A stretch of 41,837 nucleotides of DNA from an uncultured Oligoflexus sp. (GTDB lineage: Bacteria > Bdellovibrionota_B > Oligoflexia > Oligoflexales > Oligoflexaceae). Both the position numbers and the translations under genes were made by a program. Position 1 is the first letter of the stretch. Every line of letters begins with the position of its first letter. Under the pieces are notes generated by a model, which worked only from the letters and a program-made list of their open reading frames with translations, searched no databases and was not told where the DNA came from. The stretch spans positions 23,672-65,508 of the forward strand of contig CAXSGP010000009.1 of assembly GCA_964236955.1 (NCBI GenBank), in the 5' to 3' direction. Positions 9,848 to 18,368 of this stretch are shown one piece after another.

Positions 9848-11013
9848 AGACTTGGTTCAAAAATATCAGCGCCTTTAAAGCAACCGGTACCCGTCAGTTC
9901 TGGGGTGAGCTGACAAACTTTGGCGGCTTCCTGAAGCAAGGTGTTGCCAGCTTGCGAAGGCATCTGCGAGCGGGTGATGATGCCACTGCAGCTTTTATTT
10001 TTGCCGAGATCGGGAATGGAAGAACCACTTTTGAAATTCTTTTGATCACTGCCGATCGATGCCTTCATAAAGAGTGACGCTTCATTGGCCGCGCTGGCTG
10101 TGCCCACGCTGTGATCAAATCCATAGCTTGTTCCACTGGCAAATAATCCAGCCGGGTCGGCACAGCTGCTTTTTATGGACGTGGTCAGCATCTTAAAGCC
10201 CAAGGTACCTGACCATCCGGAGCTATTGTCAGCGCCAAATCCGATGACGTTCTGCCGCTCTGCCTGAATCTTTCCATCGCTGCAGATCACGGCGCGATAC
10301 ACGCTGCCCTGATCGGCATCAAAACGCACCAGGTACTGGCAGTTGGGAAAGCTCAATTCCGGTTTTGGATCGAGCAGCCAGATGCCAGCATAAGGGCTGA
10401 TTGAGCCTTTAAAGACTTTGGCTAGCTCATTGGATTTCGCATCGGCTGCCGCCTTCAGGCCGGCAACGACGGCAGCTTGATCGGCGACTGCGGCTTCGCT
10501 GGCTTTGACCTGCTCTTCCAGTGCTTTGATCTTGCCTTGCGCCATGGCGTCATCAGAAGCCTTCAGGGCCTCCAGTTCAGCCTTTTGCTTTTGAGCCTCC
10601 TCAAGTCGGGTGATGAGAGTTTGTTGTTCCGAGACTGCGCTTTCTTTAGCTTTAAGCTGCTCCTCGAGCAGCTTGACCTTGTCCTGGGCAAGAGCGTCAG
10701 TCGAGGCCTTTAGAGCTTCTATTTCAGCCTTTTGGGCTTCAATTTCAGCGACTTTTCCATTTGTATCATTCTTAAGACTATCGATTTGAGCCTGAAGGTC
10801 GGTCGCTGGCAATTGAGTCGCGGTCAAGGCTTGCAGTTGCTTACTACTGGCCTCGTTTTTAGCTTTTTCGCTTGCCACCTGATTTTGCAGAGCAGCATTT
10901 TGAGTGGCCAAGTAATCCTTCTCACGCTTGCTATCGTCATCGTTCGCCTTGTCACCGCAATGGATAAGGCTTGTGCCGACTAAAATTATGCATAGCCCTT
11001 GGATTAATTTCAT
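9844..11013 (-). CDS. Hypothetical lipoprotein: coiled coil with 49-aa duplication plus Cys-containing C-terminal domain
   Basis: Signal peptide ending LIHC-G and a Q/K/E/A-rich heptad region. Its stop overlaps the start of the downstream gene (ATGA). Confidence 0.8.
   Translation of the reverse strand: MKLIQGLCIILVGTSLIHCGDKANDDDSKREKDYLATQNAALQNQVASEKAKNEASSKQLQALTATQLPATDLQAQIDSLKNDTNGKVAEIEAQKAEIEALKASTDALAQDKVKLLEEQLKAKESAVSEQQTLITRLEEAQKQKAELEALKASDDAMAQGKIKALEEQVKASEAAVADQAAVVAGLKAAADAKSNELAKVFKGSISPYAGIWLLDPKPELSFPNCQYLVRFDADQGSVYRAVICSDGKIQAERQNVIGFGADNSSGWSGTLGFKMLTTSIKSSCADPAGLFASGTSYGFDHSVGTASAANEASLFMKASIGSDQKNFKSGSSIPDLGKNKSCSGIITRSQMPSQAGNTLLQEAAKVCQLTPELTGTGCFKGADIFEPSL
10441..10734 (-). 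repeat. Degenerate 147-bp (49-aa) tandem duplication inside the coiled-coil lipoprotein
   Basis: QKAEIEALKASTDALAQDKVKLLEEQLKAKESAVSEQ versus QKAELEALKASDDAMAQGKIKALEEQVKASEAAVADQ; units begin at 10734 and 10587. Confidence 0.85.
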
Positions 11014-11287
11014 ATCGACTCCTGTGGCATTTAAATTTAAAAATTTTTTTTTGGAATTTTGGAAATAGCCTATAGGCTTGATTAAGTGAGACCTATAGGG
11101 CGTGCAAGACTTATATTCCTGGAATGTTCCGACAAGTCGAATAATTATGCAGTAGTAACAAAAACTTATGGCTTGGCAGAACTTATTTCCAAGCGTTCGC
11201 GGCGATGTTCGGTAATTCTTGGAACAAAGTATCAGTGGCCGGGATTTTTGTGTCGGGAGCAGGCCATTAAACTGATAAAGGCTGCAA

Positions 11288-12274
11288 TCAGGACCAGGTC
11301 AGCAGTATCTTGCCAGCATTGGCTTGGCTCTCCATGTAATTATGAGACTCCTTCACATCTCGGTAGGAAAAGAGCCTGTCGATCACCGGACGGTACTCGC
11401 CATGCGCAAAACTATCTTGACCGCTTTGCCAAAATTCCCGAATGAGCCTGGCTTTTTCATCGAGACTCCTCGACCGCAAAGTGCTGCCGATAAGCTGCAG
11501 GCGCTTCGAAATGATCAGACTCAGATCGATTTGAGTTTTGGCTCCTCCTCCCATACCGACGAGAAGAAGTTTGCCCTCCAAAGAAAGCACTTTGAGGTTA
11601 TTGGCAAAATGGGCAGCGCCTACCAAGTCAAGAATGCAGTTCACTCCCTGCCCCTTGGTTTCTTCTTTTATAATCTCCGCGAAATCCTGAGTCTTATAAT
11701 TGATGAGATGATGGGCTCCAAGGTTTTTGCAGAGTTCTAATTTTGATTCTGAACTCGCCGTCACCCATATCTCGGCGCCTGTTCGCCTGGCTATCTGAAT
11801 CGCAGCCGTACCCACACCACTTGCCCCTGCATGAATGAGAAGGGTCTGGCCTGGAGAAAGTTTGGCCAGGCCTATAAGTTCAAGATAAGCAGTTAGAAAC
11901 ACTTCAGCGATACCACCGGCTGCCACGAGGTCCATCGATTCGGGTAAGAGCATAATCTGATCGTAACGAACGGCGACCTGTTCCGCATAACCTCCGCCCG
12001 AAAGCAAAGCCATCACGCGATCCCCGATTCGAAGGCCTTGCCTTCCAGCCGTGCTGCCCAACGCTGAAATTGTGCCAGAGACTTCCAGTCCCAGCAGAGG
12101 AGAGGAACCTGGAGGTGGTGCATAGTGCCCCCGTCTCTGCCATAAATCAGCGCCGTTCAGGCCGGAACTGCACACCTGAATCAGAACCTCATCCGGACCG
12201 GCCCTGGGAGCATCCACTTGTCCCAATTCAAGGACGTCGCTACTCCCAAATCCCTTGGTTAGGATCGCTTTCAT
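11288..12274 (-). CDS. NAD(P)H:quinone oxidoreductase, zeta-crystallin/PIG3 family
   Basis: MKAI start at 12274, YAPPPG..LGLEVSG, GGGYAE, LIHAGASGVGTAAIQ, GSTLRSR, GKILL. Confidence 0.92.
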   Translation of the reverse strand: MKAILTKGFGSSDVLELGQVDAPRAGPDEVLIQVCSSGLNGADLWQRRGHYAPPPGSSPLLGLEVSGTISALGSTAGRQGLRIGDRVMALLSGGGYAEQVAVRYDQIMLLPESMDLVAAGGIAEVFLTAYLELIGLAKLSPGQTLLIHAGASGVGTAAIQIARRTGAEIWVTASSESKLELCKNLGAHHLINYKTQDFAEIIKEETKGQGVNCILDLVGAAHFANNLKVLSLEGKLLLVGMGGGAKTQIDLSLIISKRLQLIGSTLRSRSLDEKARLIREFWQSGQDSFAHGEYRPVIDRLFSYRDVKESHNYMESQANAGKILLTWS

Positions 12275-12507
12275 TCTTGGGCATCCCTTTCCTTTGCGCA
12301 TGGAGAGGAGCGGCTATTAAGTCCGCGGCTGACCAATTCGTCTTCCACGTCTTCTAACTTTGGCCTGATGTCACCTTTAAGCCAGTTGCCGGCCTCGTCC
12401 TGATGAAGACCAATATCCTCTGCACGAAAACGGCTGAGAAAAGTCAGCCATTGAAGCAAGTTTGCACTGTCGAGTGACCGAACTTCCGCTTTTGACATGG
12501 TTTGCAT
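12271..12507 (-). CDS. Small hypothetical protein (about 78 aa), translationally coupled to the quinone oxidoreductase
   Basis: ATG 12507 follows GAGGAAAA; its stop overlaps the next ATG (ATGA). Protein-like composition. Confidence 0.55.
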   Translation of the reverse strand: MQTMSKAEVRSLDSANLLQWLTFLSRFRAEDIGLHQDEAGNWLKGDIRPKLEDVEDELVSRGLNSRSSPCAKERDAQE

Positions 12508-12537
12508 GCTTTGCTTTTCCTCATAATTTTTAATTGC

Positions 12538-12555
12538 CAGGCACAACCTTTGCAA
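12538..12555 (+). promoter_or_regulatory. Putative sigma54 (-24/-12) promoter
   Basis: CAGGCACAACCTTTGCAA: GG(12540-41)-N10-GC(12552-53), close to consensus TGGCAC-N5-TTGCW, about 60 nt upstream of ORF 12613. Confidence 0.6.
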
Positions 12556-12612
12556 ACATCATGACAATCAGAGTGCTCGAATGCGCATTCAACCCAAACC
12601 AAAGGAAATATC

Positions 12613-12819
12613 ATGAGCGTTAAAAACACATCGATAGGCCAAGTCTTAAAATATGGAGCGCTCGCTCTTATCGGTCATCAGGCTTACCGTTATTACAACT
12701 CAAAAGTCAAAACAAAACAAGATCTTAACCACGTTAATAACAAGCTCGACACCATGTTGGATGACAGTTTTCCGGCGAGCGATCCACTGCCCCTAAGCCG
12801 TAGCGGTACCAACATTTAA
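12613..12819 (+). CDS. Small hypothetical protein with C-terminal DSFPASDP motif
   Basis: RBS AAAGGA, short hydrophobic N-terminal stretch, and LDDSFPASDP, a recurrent motif of small uncharacterised bacterial proteins. Confidence 0.75.
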   Translation: MSVKNTSIGQVLKYGALALIGHQAYRYYNSKVKTKQDLNHVNNKLDTMLDDSFPASDPLPLSRSGTNI

Positions 12820-12850
12820 GGCCTTCCGCCTTCGCGTTTCCCAATGATTT

Positions 12851-12870
12851 CTGGGCTGTCTTCAGCCCAG
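12851..12870. terminator. Hairpin downstream of the small ORF (possible terminator)
   Basis: Perfect inverted repeat CTGGGCTG-tctt-CAGCCCAG, with no clear U-tract. Confidence 0.4.
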
Positions 12871-12975
12871 GACATGTCTAAAGCCCCCTTCAGTCCACCT
12901 GACCCAAATCCCAATCCCTCGTTGTTCCTCTTTGGCAGCAGATCGACCCCATTAGGTACTTTGTTTAGTCTCCAC

Positions 12976-13012
12976 AAAAGGAAAGGACCCCCGATCTTGC
13001 GATCGAAGGTCC
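12976..13012 (-). terminator. Intrinsic terminator of prc/tsp
   Basis: Minus-strand RNA GGACCUUCGAUC-GCAA-GAUCGGGGGUCC followed by UUUCCUUUU. Confidence 0.85.
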
Positions 13013-13035
13013 CTGGCTAAATTTATTAAGGCCTC

Positions 13036-15189
13036 TTATTTTTTACCGCTATCGTTTTCTTTGACTTTGGCCGGGATAGTATGGACGACTTCTTTTTCCT
13101 TTTCCTTGCCCTTAGCCGGTGCGGCTTCGGTCAGTGCTTTGGATTTTTTATCTTTCTCAACAATTTTAAGTCCGGGCAGAACGGGTGCCGTATTATCCAG
13201 TTTCTTCTTGCCCATCATCTGCACATAGTCGGCTGCAATACGGACAGTTTCCTGGAGATAAACGTCTTCCTTTAGATTGAAATCGGGAGAGTCATTGAGA
13301 GCGTCTTCCGGATCGGTCTCTTTCTTTTCCTTGTCCTCTTTCTTCTCTTTTAAGGCTACCCGATTCCGTTCTTCCTTGTTTTTGCGGTACTTCGCTATCT
13401 CGTCACGAATCTTGGTGAATTCTGTGTCTTTCGCCAGACGTAAATCGGAACGTTTTCTTAATTCGGGGACAAATGGCTTGATGAGATTAAATTTTTGATA
13501 TTTTGCGGTTTTGATCTCTTCGAAGGGAAGTGCGTAGTCATAGTACTTTTCGCCAACTTCGAGTTCATCGATGATGCTTGGTAGCACCAGGTCGGAGGCC
13601 ACGCCTTTAAGCTGAGTCGAAGCGCCTGATGCGCGATAGAACTGATTGACAGTGACCTTTACCGCACCCAACTTTGGGGCAAGGTCATTGAGGTTTTGTA
13701 CGGTGCCTTTGCCGAAGGTGTGCGAATCCCCAACGATCAAACCACGCTGATAATCCTGAATTGCGCCCGCGAAGATTTCACTGGCACTGGCCGAATGACG
13801 ATTGATCATAACCAGGAGTGGCCCATCGTAGGCTGTGCCTTCATCCGGGTCGAAATAGGTTTCGGTTTCGCTATTGGAAGCCTTAACCTGAACGACGGGA
13901 CCGGCTCCGAAAAAAAGACCGGCTGTACTGATCGATTCATCTAAGCCGCCGCCGCCATTACTGCGAAGATCAAGGATGACCGCATCGACGCCCTTATCTC
14001 TTAGAACCTTCAGCTGCTCGCGGGTATCGTTCGAAGACGAACGGTAATTTTTCAAACGTTTTTGACGACCTTCAAAGTCTATATAAAAGGATGGCAGGGT
14101 GATCAGGCCGACCTTCATGTGCTTGGGTTTGCCGTCTTCATTGACATCGACGTCAATAACATGGGACGAGGCCTGTTGATCGACCAGTTGAATCTTCTCC
14201 CGGACGATAGGCACGACGACCTTGGTGGCTCCGCCTGAACCATCCCGCATAACCGTGAGTTTGACCGTTGTTCCCCGAGCGCCGCGGATCTTCTTAACGA
14301 CATCCTGGAGATCCATATCGATGACATCGACAGGCTCGCCATTATCCTGGGCAACAGCGATGATCTTATCGTTGATCTTGAGCAGCGTGCTTTTCTCGGC
14401 GGCTCCGCCTTTGACCAGGCTCGCAACCATTGTGAAGCCATCTTCCGAACGCAGACTGGCGCCGATACCCTCAAGCGAGAGACGGGTTCGGATGCGGAAA
14501 TCCTCAAGCTCTTCAACCGGCATATAAGAGGAGTGAGGGTCGAGGGCCGTGGAGAAGGCATTGAGGAAGACACCGTAGACTCGGTCTTTCGTCAAATCGT
14601 TCTGACGCTTGGTCTGCAGCTCATATCGTTTACGAATTTTGTCGCGGGCCTTATCAAGGTTATTATCCACGCTCGTCTTCAGGGTGAGCAACTGGAACTT
14701 GATATGTTTCCTCCAGCGTTCGTTCACTTCCTCGTCAGTTTTGGGATAGGTCATATTCTTACGGTCAACATTGAGGTATTCCTCAATCGTGAAATCCTGC
14801 TTGTCGGCGATCGCCTTCTGGACGAATTTGGATCGTTCGGCGAAACGCTGGGAATAGCGATTCATGACCTCATCGATAGCCGAGCAATCCATATCACGGC
14901 CGATCATATCGTCGAGCTTGCTTGAGTATTTTTTGTTGAATTCGTCAACATCGGATTGATAGAAGTAAAGCTTTCCCGGATCCCAGGCCTTGATAAAATT
15001 GTCGAGAGTACGGCGCGAGATCTCATCGGTAAACTTATCGAATGAGAAGTGCATTTTGAAATAGAGCAGTGTTAACTGCCTTACTTCCGAACACGTCAAC
15101 GCCCAGGCATTTTGGGAGACAAGCAATAGCCCTGCCACCACACAAAATGAGCGAAGGCACCGAGCAAACCGGCTTGCACTGAATGGCAT
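13036..15189 (-). CDS. prc: Tail-specific (carboxy-terminal processing) protease, S41A, Prc/Tsp type
   Basis: Signal peptide (AWA), LDPHSSY, PDZ LEGIGA, DLRSNGGG, catalytic SASASEIFAGAIQDY, TFGKGTVQ. Confidence 0.92.
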   Translation of the reverse strand: MPFSASRFARCLRSFCVVAGLLLVSQNAWALTCSEVRQLTLLYFKMHFSFDKFTDEISRRTLDNFIKAWDPGKLYFYQSDVDEFNKKYSSKLDDMIGRDMDCSAIDEVMNRYSQRFAERSKFVQKAIADKQDFTIEEYLNVDRKNMTYPKTDEEVNERWRKHIKFQLLTLKTSVDNNLDKARDKIRKRYELQTKRQNDLTKDRVYGVFLNAFSTALDPHSSYMPVEELEDFRIRTRLSLEGIGASLRSEDGFTMVASLVKGGAAEKSTLLKINDKIIAVAQDNGEPVDVIDMDLQDVVKKIRGARGTTVKLTVMRDGSGGATKVVVPIVREKIQLVDQQASSHVIDVDVNEDGKPKHMKVGLITLPSFYIDFEGRQKRLKNYRSSSNDTREQLKVLRDKGVDAVILDLRSNGGGGLDESISTAGLFFGAGPVVQVKASNSETETYFDPDEGTAYDGPLLVMINRHSASASEIFAGAIQDYQRGLIVGDSHTFGKGTVQNLNDLAPKLGAVKVTVNQFYRASGASTQLKGVASDLVLPSIIDELEVGEKYYDYALPFEEIKTAKYQKFNLIKPFVPELRKRSDLRLAKDTEFTKIRDEIAKYRKNKEERNRVALKEKKEDKEKKETDPEDALNDSPDFNLKEDVYLQETVRIAADYVQMMGKKKLDNTAPVLPGLKIVEKDKKSKALTEAAPAKGKEKEKEVVHTIPAKVKENDSGKK

Positions 15190-15295
15190 TCTAAGAACCT
15201 CCTAAGACATCGCACATGGCTTCTTTCGATAGCCCTTCCTCAGTGCAATGGTTGTTGACTTACATTCAAGTATATCAGACCCAAAGGAAATGATA

Positions 15296-15312
15296 TGGGA
15301 ACAAATTTGCGT
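15296..15312 (+). promoter_or_regulatory. Weak sigma54-like -24/-12 element
   Basis: TGGGAACAAATTTGCGT: GG(15297-98)-N10-GC(15309-10). The predicted +1 near 15322 lies just before the first hairpin of the structured region. Confidence 0.3.
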
Positions 15313-15321
15313 AGCTGAAAT

Positions 15322-15670
15322 TCCAAGTGGCTAGAACTTACCTAGTCGCTGAAGCGGCCCCCAAAATGGGATTGACCTCCTGTTAAGGGGGCAGCTCCTC
15401 GAGTTGCCTCGCCACTTCAAAGTGACAATTATAATCCCGTTGGATTTGCCTAGACTCTGGGGCGTGTCTTCAACGTGAAACCCTCGGCAAAGCCAGTCTA
15501 AAAACCTCAGCAGCCCATGGGTTTCTGTTCCATTAGGCTCCAGCTTTTTAACACGGGGTTCATGCTAAAAGCCTGGGGCGAGCTGGAGCTTTAATCTTTT
15601 TACCACAGTTCCAAATTAAGATTAAAAGATTTAGATGAGGAAACGATGAAGGGCCCGTCAGGGCCCCGTT
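15322..15670 (+). ncRNA. Candidate structured non-coding RNA, family unassigned
   Basis: No ORF of 60 aa or more; consecutive stems, several needing G-U pairs that form only on the + strand (detailed in findings). Confidence 0.4.
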
Positions 15671-15694
15671 CTGAGAATTTTATGAAAGTGGGGT

Positions 15695-16492
15695 TTAGGA
15701 GAAACGGGCAGCATACTGAGTTTCGTCCTGCTGCCAGTTCGTAGCCTGAGGCGGACTTTTTACCGTTTCAAAATCATCATCTTCTTCAAACATGCTGTCT
15801 TCTTCGGCCATAAGGTCAATCTTTGACTTACGGCGACGGAGCTGCTTGCTTAAAAACGCGGCAGTCATCAAGAAAGCCAGACCGGATCCACTATAGATAA
15901 GGCCATCAAAGCGCTCAGGAGCGTGGCCCTGGAGTTGGGCCGACATCATTGAGCCCCAGGCCTGGTCAAGCCCGCCTTCCGCCTCGAAGAGGTCCTGCAT
16001 ATCCGTGTAGCTGATAAGGACTGAGTTGCTGGAGCCTGACGTAAAGACATGCATCTGGCGCATAGGCACGGTGCCCTGGCGAAAGCTGGTAAAGACTAAA
16101 ATTGCATCTTTTTTTTGGCGATAGTCGATGATCCGCGCTTCGATTATTTCAAAATCGCTGACCCCTTCGCCCATCTCTCTTAGGATTTTGCGACTGAGGT
16201 CTTGCGCTTCCAGAGTATCGATCGGTTTCACTTCCTGACGAATAGCGACAGTGATGTTCCGGCTATATTCGAAGCCATGACGTGAGGACCGCAAGGGATC
16301 CTCAAGAACCAGCGTCTTGCCGCGGTAATTCCTGCGGACATTCCAACCGGCAGGCGCCTTTATGCCGAAGTCATATTCAGCGACGCTTATCAGCGGCATT
16401 TGCAGAACGGGGGTTTGGGCAAGGGCAAGTTTCGATTGGAACAGCGAAAGACCATAAAAAACCAGAAAAGATCCACGCAGGAGCAGGGGCAT
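15695..16492 (-). CDS. Hypothetical exported protein with C-terminal membrane anchor (possibly PsbP/DcrB-like fold)
   Basis: ATG 16492 gives a signal peptide ending ALA-Q (ORF track starts at 16618). FGIKAPAGW motif, TM helix followed by RRRK and an acidic tail. Confidence 0.65.
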   Translation of the reverse strand: MPLLLRGSFLVFYGLSLFQSKLALAQTPVLQMPLISVAEYDFGIKAPAGWNVRRNYRGKTLVLEDPLRSSRHGFEYSRNITVAIRQEVKPIDTLEAQDLSRKILREMGEGVSDFEIIEARIIDYRQKKDAILVFTSFRQGTVPMRQMHVFTSGSSNSVLISYTDMQDLFEAEGGLDQAWGSMMSAQLQGHAPERFDGLIYSGSGLAFLMTAAFLSKQLRRRKSKIDLMAEEDSMFEEDDDFETVKSPPQATNWQQDETQYAARFS

Positions 16493-16804
16493 TAAATTCT
16501 TCACAGCTTTATCTCCACATCCGAAAGAAAACCAACAGCAAAAGGAAAAGCATCGGGACCGAGCCGACGCTGATTTACTGCCATGTCTAAAAAGATATGT
16601 CAATAAGTAATGACTCAAAAAATACTGGTCAATCGTTTGAAATCATTGATTTAGGTGAGGATGTCGAAGAAAATAGACGATGAAATAACGCAAAAATTCC
16701 TAAAAGTCTTAATAAACGATGAGAATTTGATTGTGGACCGGGTTTCGGCTTGATCGAAGGTCAGGACTGATTCGCCTTTCAACGGCCCAGAATGAGGCCC
16801 CTAA

Positions 16805-18253
16805 CTACAAACCAGAGCCACTCCCCGTACCTGCAATGGCTGCCGCTCCGAAAAGGGTTTTTAAATCCTGATCGTTGAACGTGAGACCGGCTCCCAGATA
16901 AGGATTTAGTTTTTTCCTAAGCTTGGTTGTGCCTTCTTTGTAGCGGGTTGGGTCGTCCAGGCCTATCATGGCCACCAAGTGGTCAAAGAACAAGACGCTG
17001 GCATAAGCCTTCAAGTGAAGGGTGCGGCGTTCCAGATCTTCTTTATCGGAGAAATCGAAAGCTTCCAAGGCAAGCTTCATGCGGTCTTTGAAAAAGTAGG
17101 CATCTGCTGCCAATCCACCGGTTGATTCAAATAAACCAAGGCGAGCCCCCAGCCAGCCCCAGCGTTTGCCGAACTGCAGATTGAAGCGCAGAGCTTTCTC
17201 GTCGCGGATATGCTCGCGGATCGAGGTTTTTGTGGCTGTTGTGTCCAAGGTTTCTGTCGAGGTGTCCCGAACCCGGTCGGGAAAGGTCGTGAACCCGACC
17301 AGGTAGAAGGAGTCCGGACGCGTATTCATGCGTATATTGAAATAGGTCTGATTGCTTTCATCGAGACGCATCTCGGCATGGGTCTCCACAGCGACCTGAA
17401 GCTTGGTCACCGGCGATAAAACCTCGCGAAGATCTTTTAAAGTCGCTTGGATATCGTCAGCAGTCTTATCGTCATTCACCAGGCGGCCGATAGTGCCCTC
17501 GCCTTTTTCTATGCGTTGCGTGATGAGCTTGGCATTTTCCGAAGCGATTTTTATCTGACCCATCGAGCTGTCGAGGTTAGCAAGTATACGTTCGACCTTG
17601 GCTCGGTTGTCCTCGTTCACAACGTCTTTCAAAGAAACTGATACCGCTTCAAAGTTCTTAACAAGGGTGCGCACATCCGAACGGTTTTCCTGAAGCATAA
17701 GCTTCGCGGTCTCACTCAGGCGTTCGATGTTTTCCGCGATGTGTTCCATCCGGTCTGCACCATGCTTGTCACCCAGCACTTTCGCAAGGTTTTCCGTTAC
17801 CTTCTTCACATCGTCGGCGATCGAGCCGACTTTGCCCATGACTTCGGCGATGTCGCCGCTATTTTTGGATGGCGGGAGGAAACTGTTATTGGGAAGAGCT
17901 TCCCCCCCTTTTTCCGGTCGAACGATATCGATGAACTTATCGCCTAGAAAACCCACGGTACGAACTGCGATCTCGGACCCCTTTGGGATCACGACACTGT
18001 CCTCGACTTCCAGACGGACCTCGGTTGCATTTTCAATCAGGCGAATCAAACTTACTCGGCCGATGTTAACTCCGTTGGTCTTCACATGGGTGTTGATAAG
18101 AAGCCCGGAAGCGTCCTTCAAGGTTGTCGTGAAGTTCTTTTTTACTTTTCTGTCAAAGAGCTCAGGGCTAACAAAAAACACCGCAAAGGCAATCGCTGAG
18201 ATCCCAAAGAGTGTGAATAATCCGACTTTGAATTCTGTTCCCATGCGACTCAT
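16805..18253 (-). CDS. mlaD: MCE-family protein MlaD with long helical region and C-terminal beta-rich domain
   Basis: EFKVGLF TM anchor, MCE motifs DASGL..VKTNGVNIGRV and GFLGDKFIDI, GEGTIGRLVND. Lies downstream of mlaE and mlaF. Confidence 0.88.
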   Translation of the reverse strand: MSRMGTEFKVGLFTLFGISAIAFAVFFVSPELFDRKVKKNFTTTLKDASGLLINTHVKTNGVNIGRVSLIRLIENATEVRLEVEDSVVIPKGSEIAVRTVGFLGDKFIDIVRPEKGGEALPNNSFLPPSKNSGDIAEVMGKVGSIADDVKKVTENLAKVLGDKHGADRMEHIAENIERLSETAKLMLQENRSDVRTLVKNFEAVSVSLKDVVNEDNRAKVERILANLDSSMGQIKIASENAKLITQRIEKGEGTIGRLVNDDKTADDIQATLKDLREVLSPVTKLQVAVETHAEMRLDESNQTYFNIRMNTRPDSFYLVGFTTFPDRVRDTSTETLDTTATKTSIREHIRDEKALRFNLQFGKRWGWLGARLGLFESTGGLAADAYFFKDRMKLALEAFDFSDKEDLERRTLHLKAYASVLFFDHLVAMIGLDDPTRYKEGTTKLRKKLNPYLGAGLTFNDQDLKTLFGAAAIAGTGSGSGL

Positions 18254-18294
18254 GCTAAGACGAGCTCCTTATTGGGATAGTTTCCCAGTTTAAC

Positions 18295-18321
18295 GCATCG
18301 ACGTTTCTTAAAAAAACTTAA
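18295..18321 (-). promoter_or_regulatory. sigma28/FliA-like promoter upstream of mlaD
   Basis: Minus strand TTAAG-N14-GTCGATGC, 42 nt upstream of the start, inside the mlaF-mlaD gap. Confidence 0.55.
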
Positions 18322-18368
18322 GGTTCAAAACTTACCTAAGTTCAAATTCTGGACCATTCCACCCGAAT

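Noticed and set aside
11012..11040. TTAAA-N16-GTCGATAT sigma28-like match on the minus strand
   Set aside because: The spacing is off, and the '-10' overlaps the RBS (AGGAG) and start codon of the lipoprotein gene.
15361..15443. Cloverleaf-like junction suggesting a tRNA
   Set aside because: There is no TTC T-loop, D-loop GG, 7-nt anticodon loop or CCA end. It is kept only as part of the candidate ncRNA.
15470..15522. GAAA...GCAAAGCCAGTCTAAA resembles part of a c-di-GMP-I riboswitch
   Set aside because: The GAAA is not closed by a proper stem and the upstream GGCAAAC/P1 elements are missing. Only an Rfam scan could rescue it.
16550..16577. TAAA-N16-CCCGATGC upstream of the 15695 gene
   Set aside because: The spacer is longer than at the five accepted sites and the -35 lacks TTAAG, so the match is too weak.
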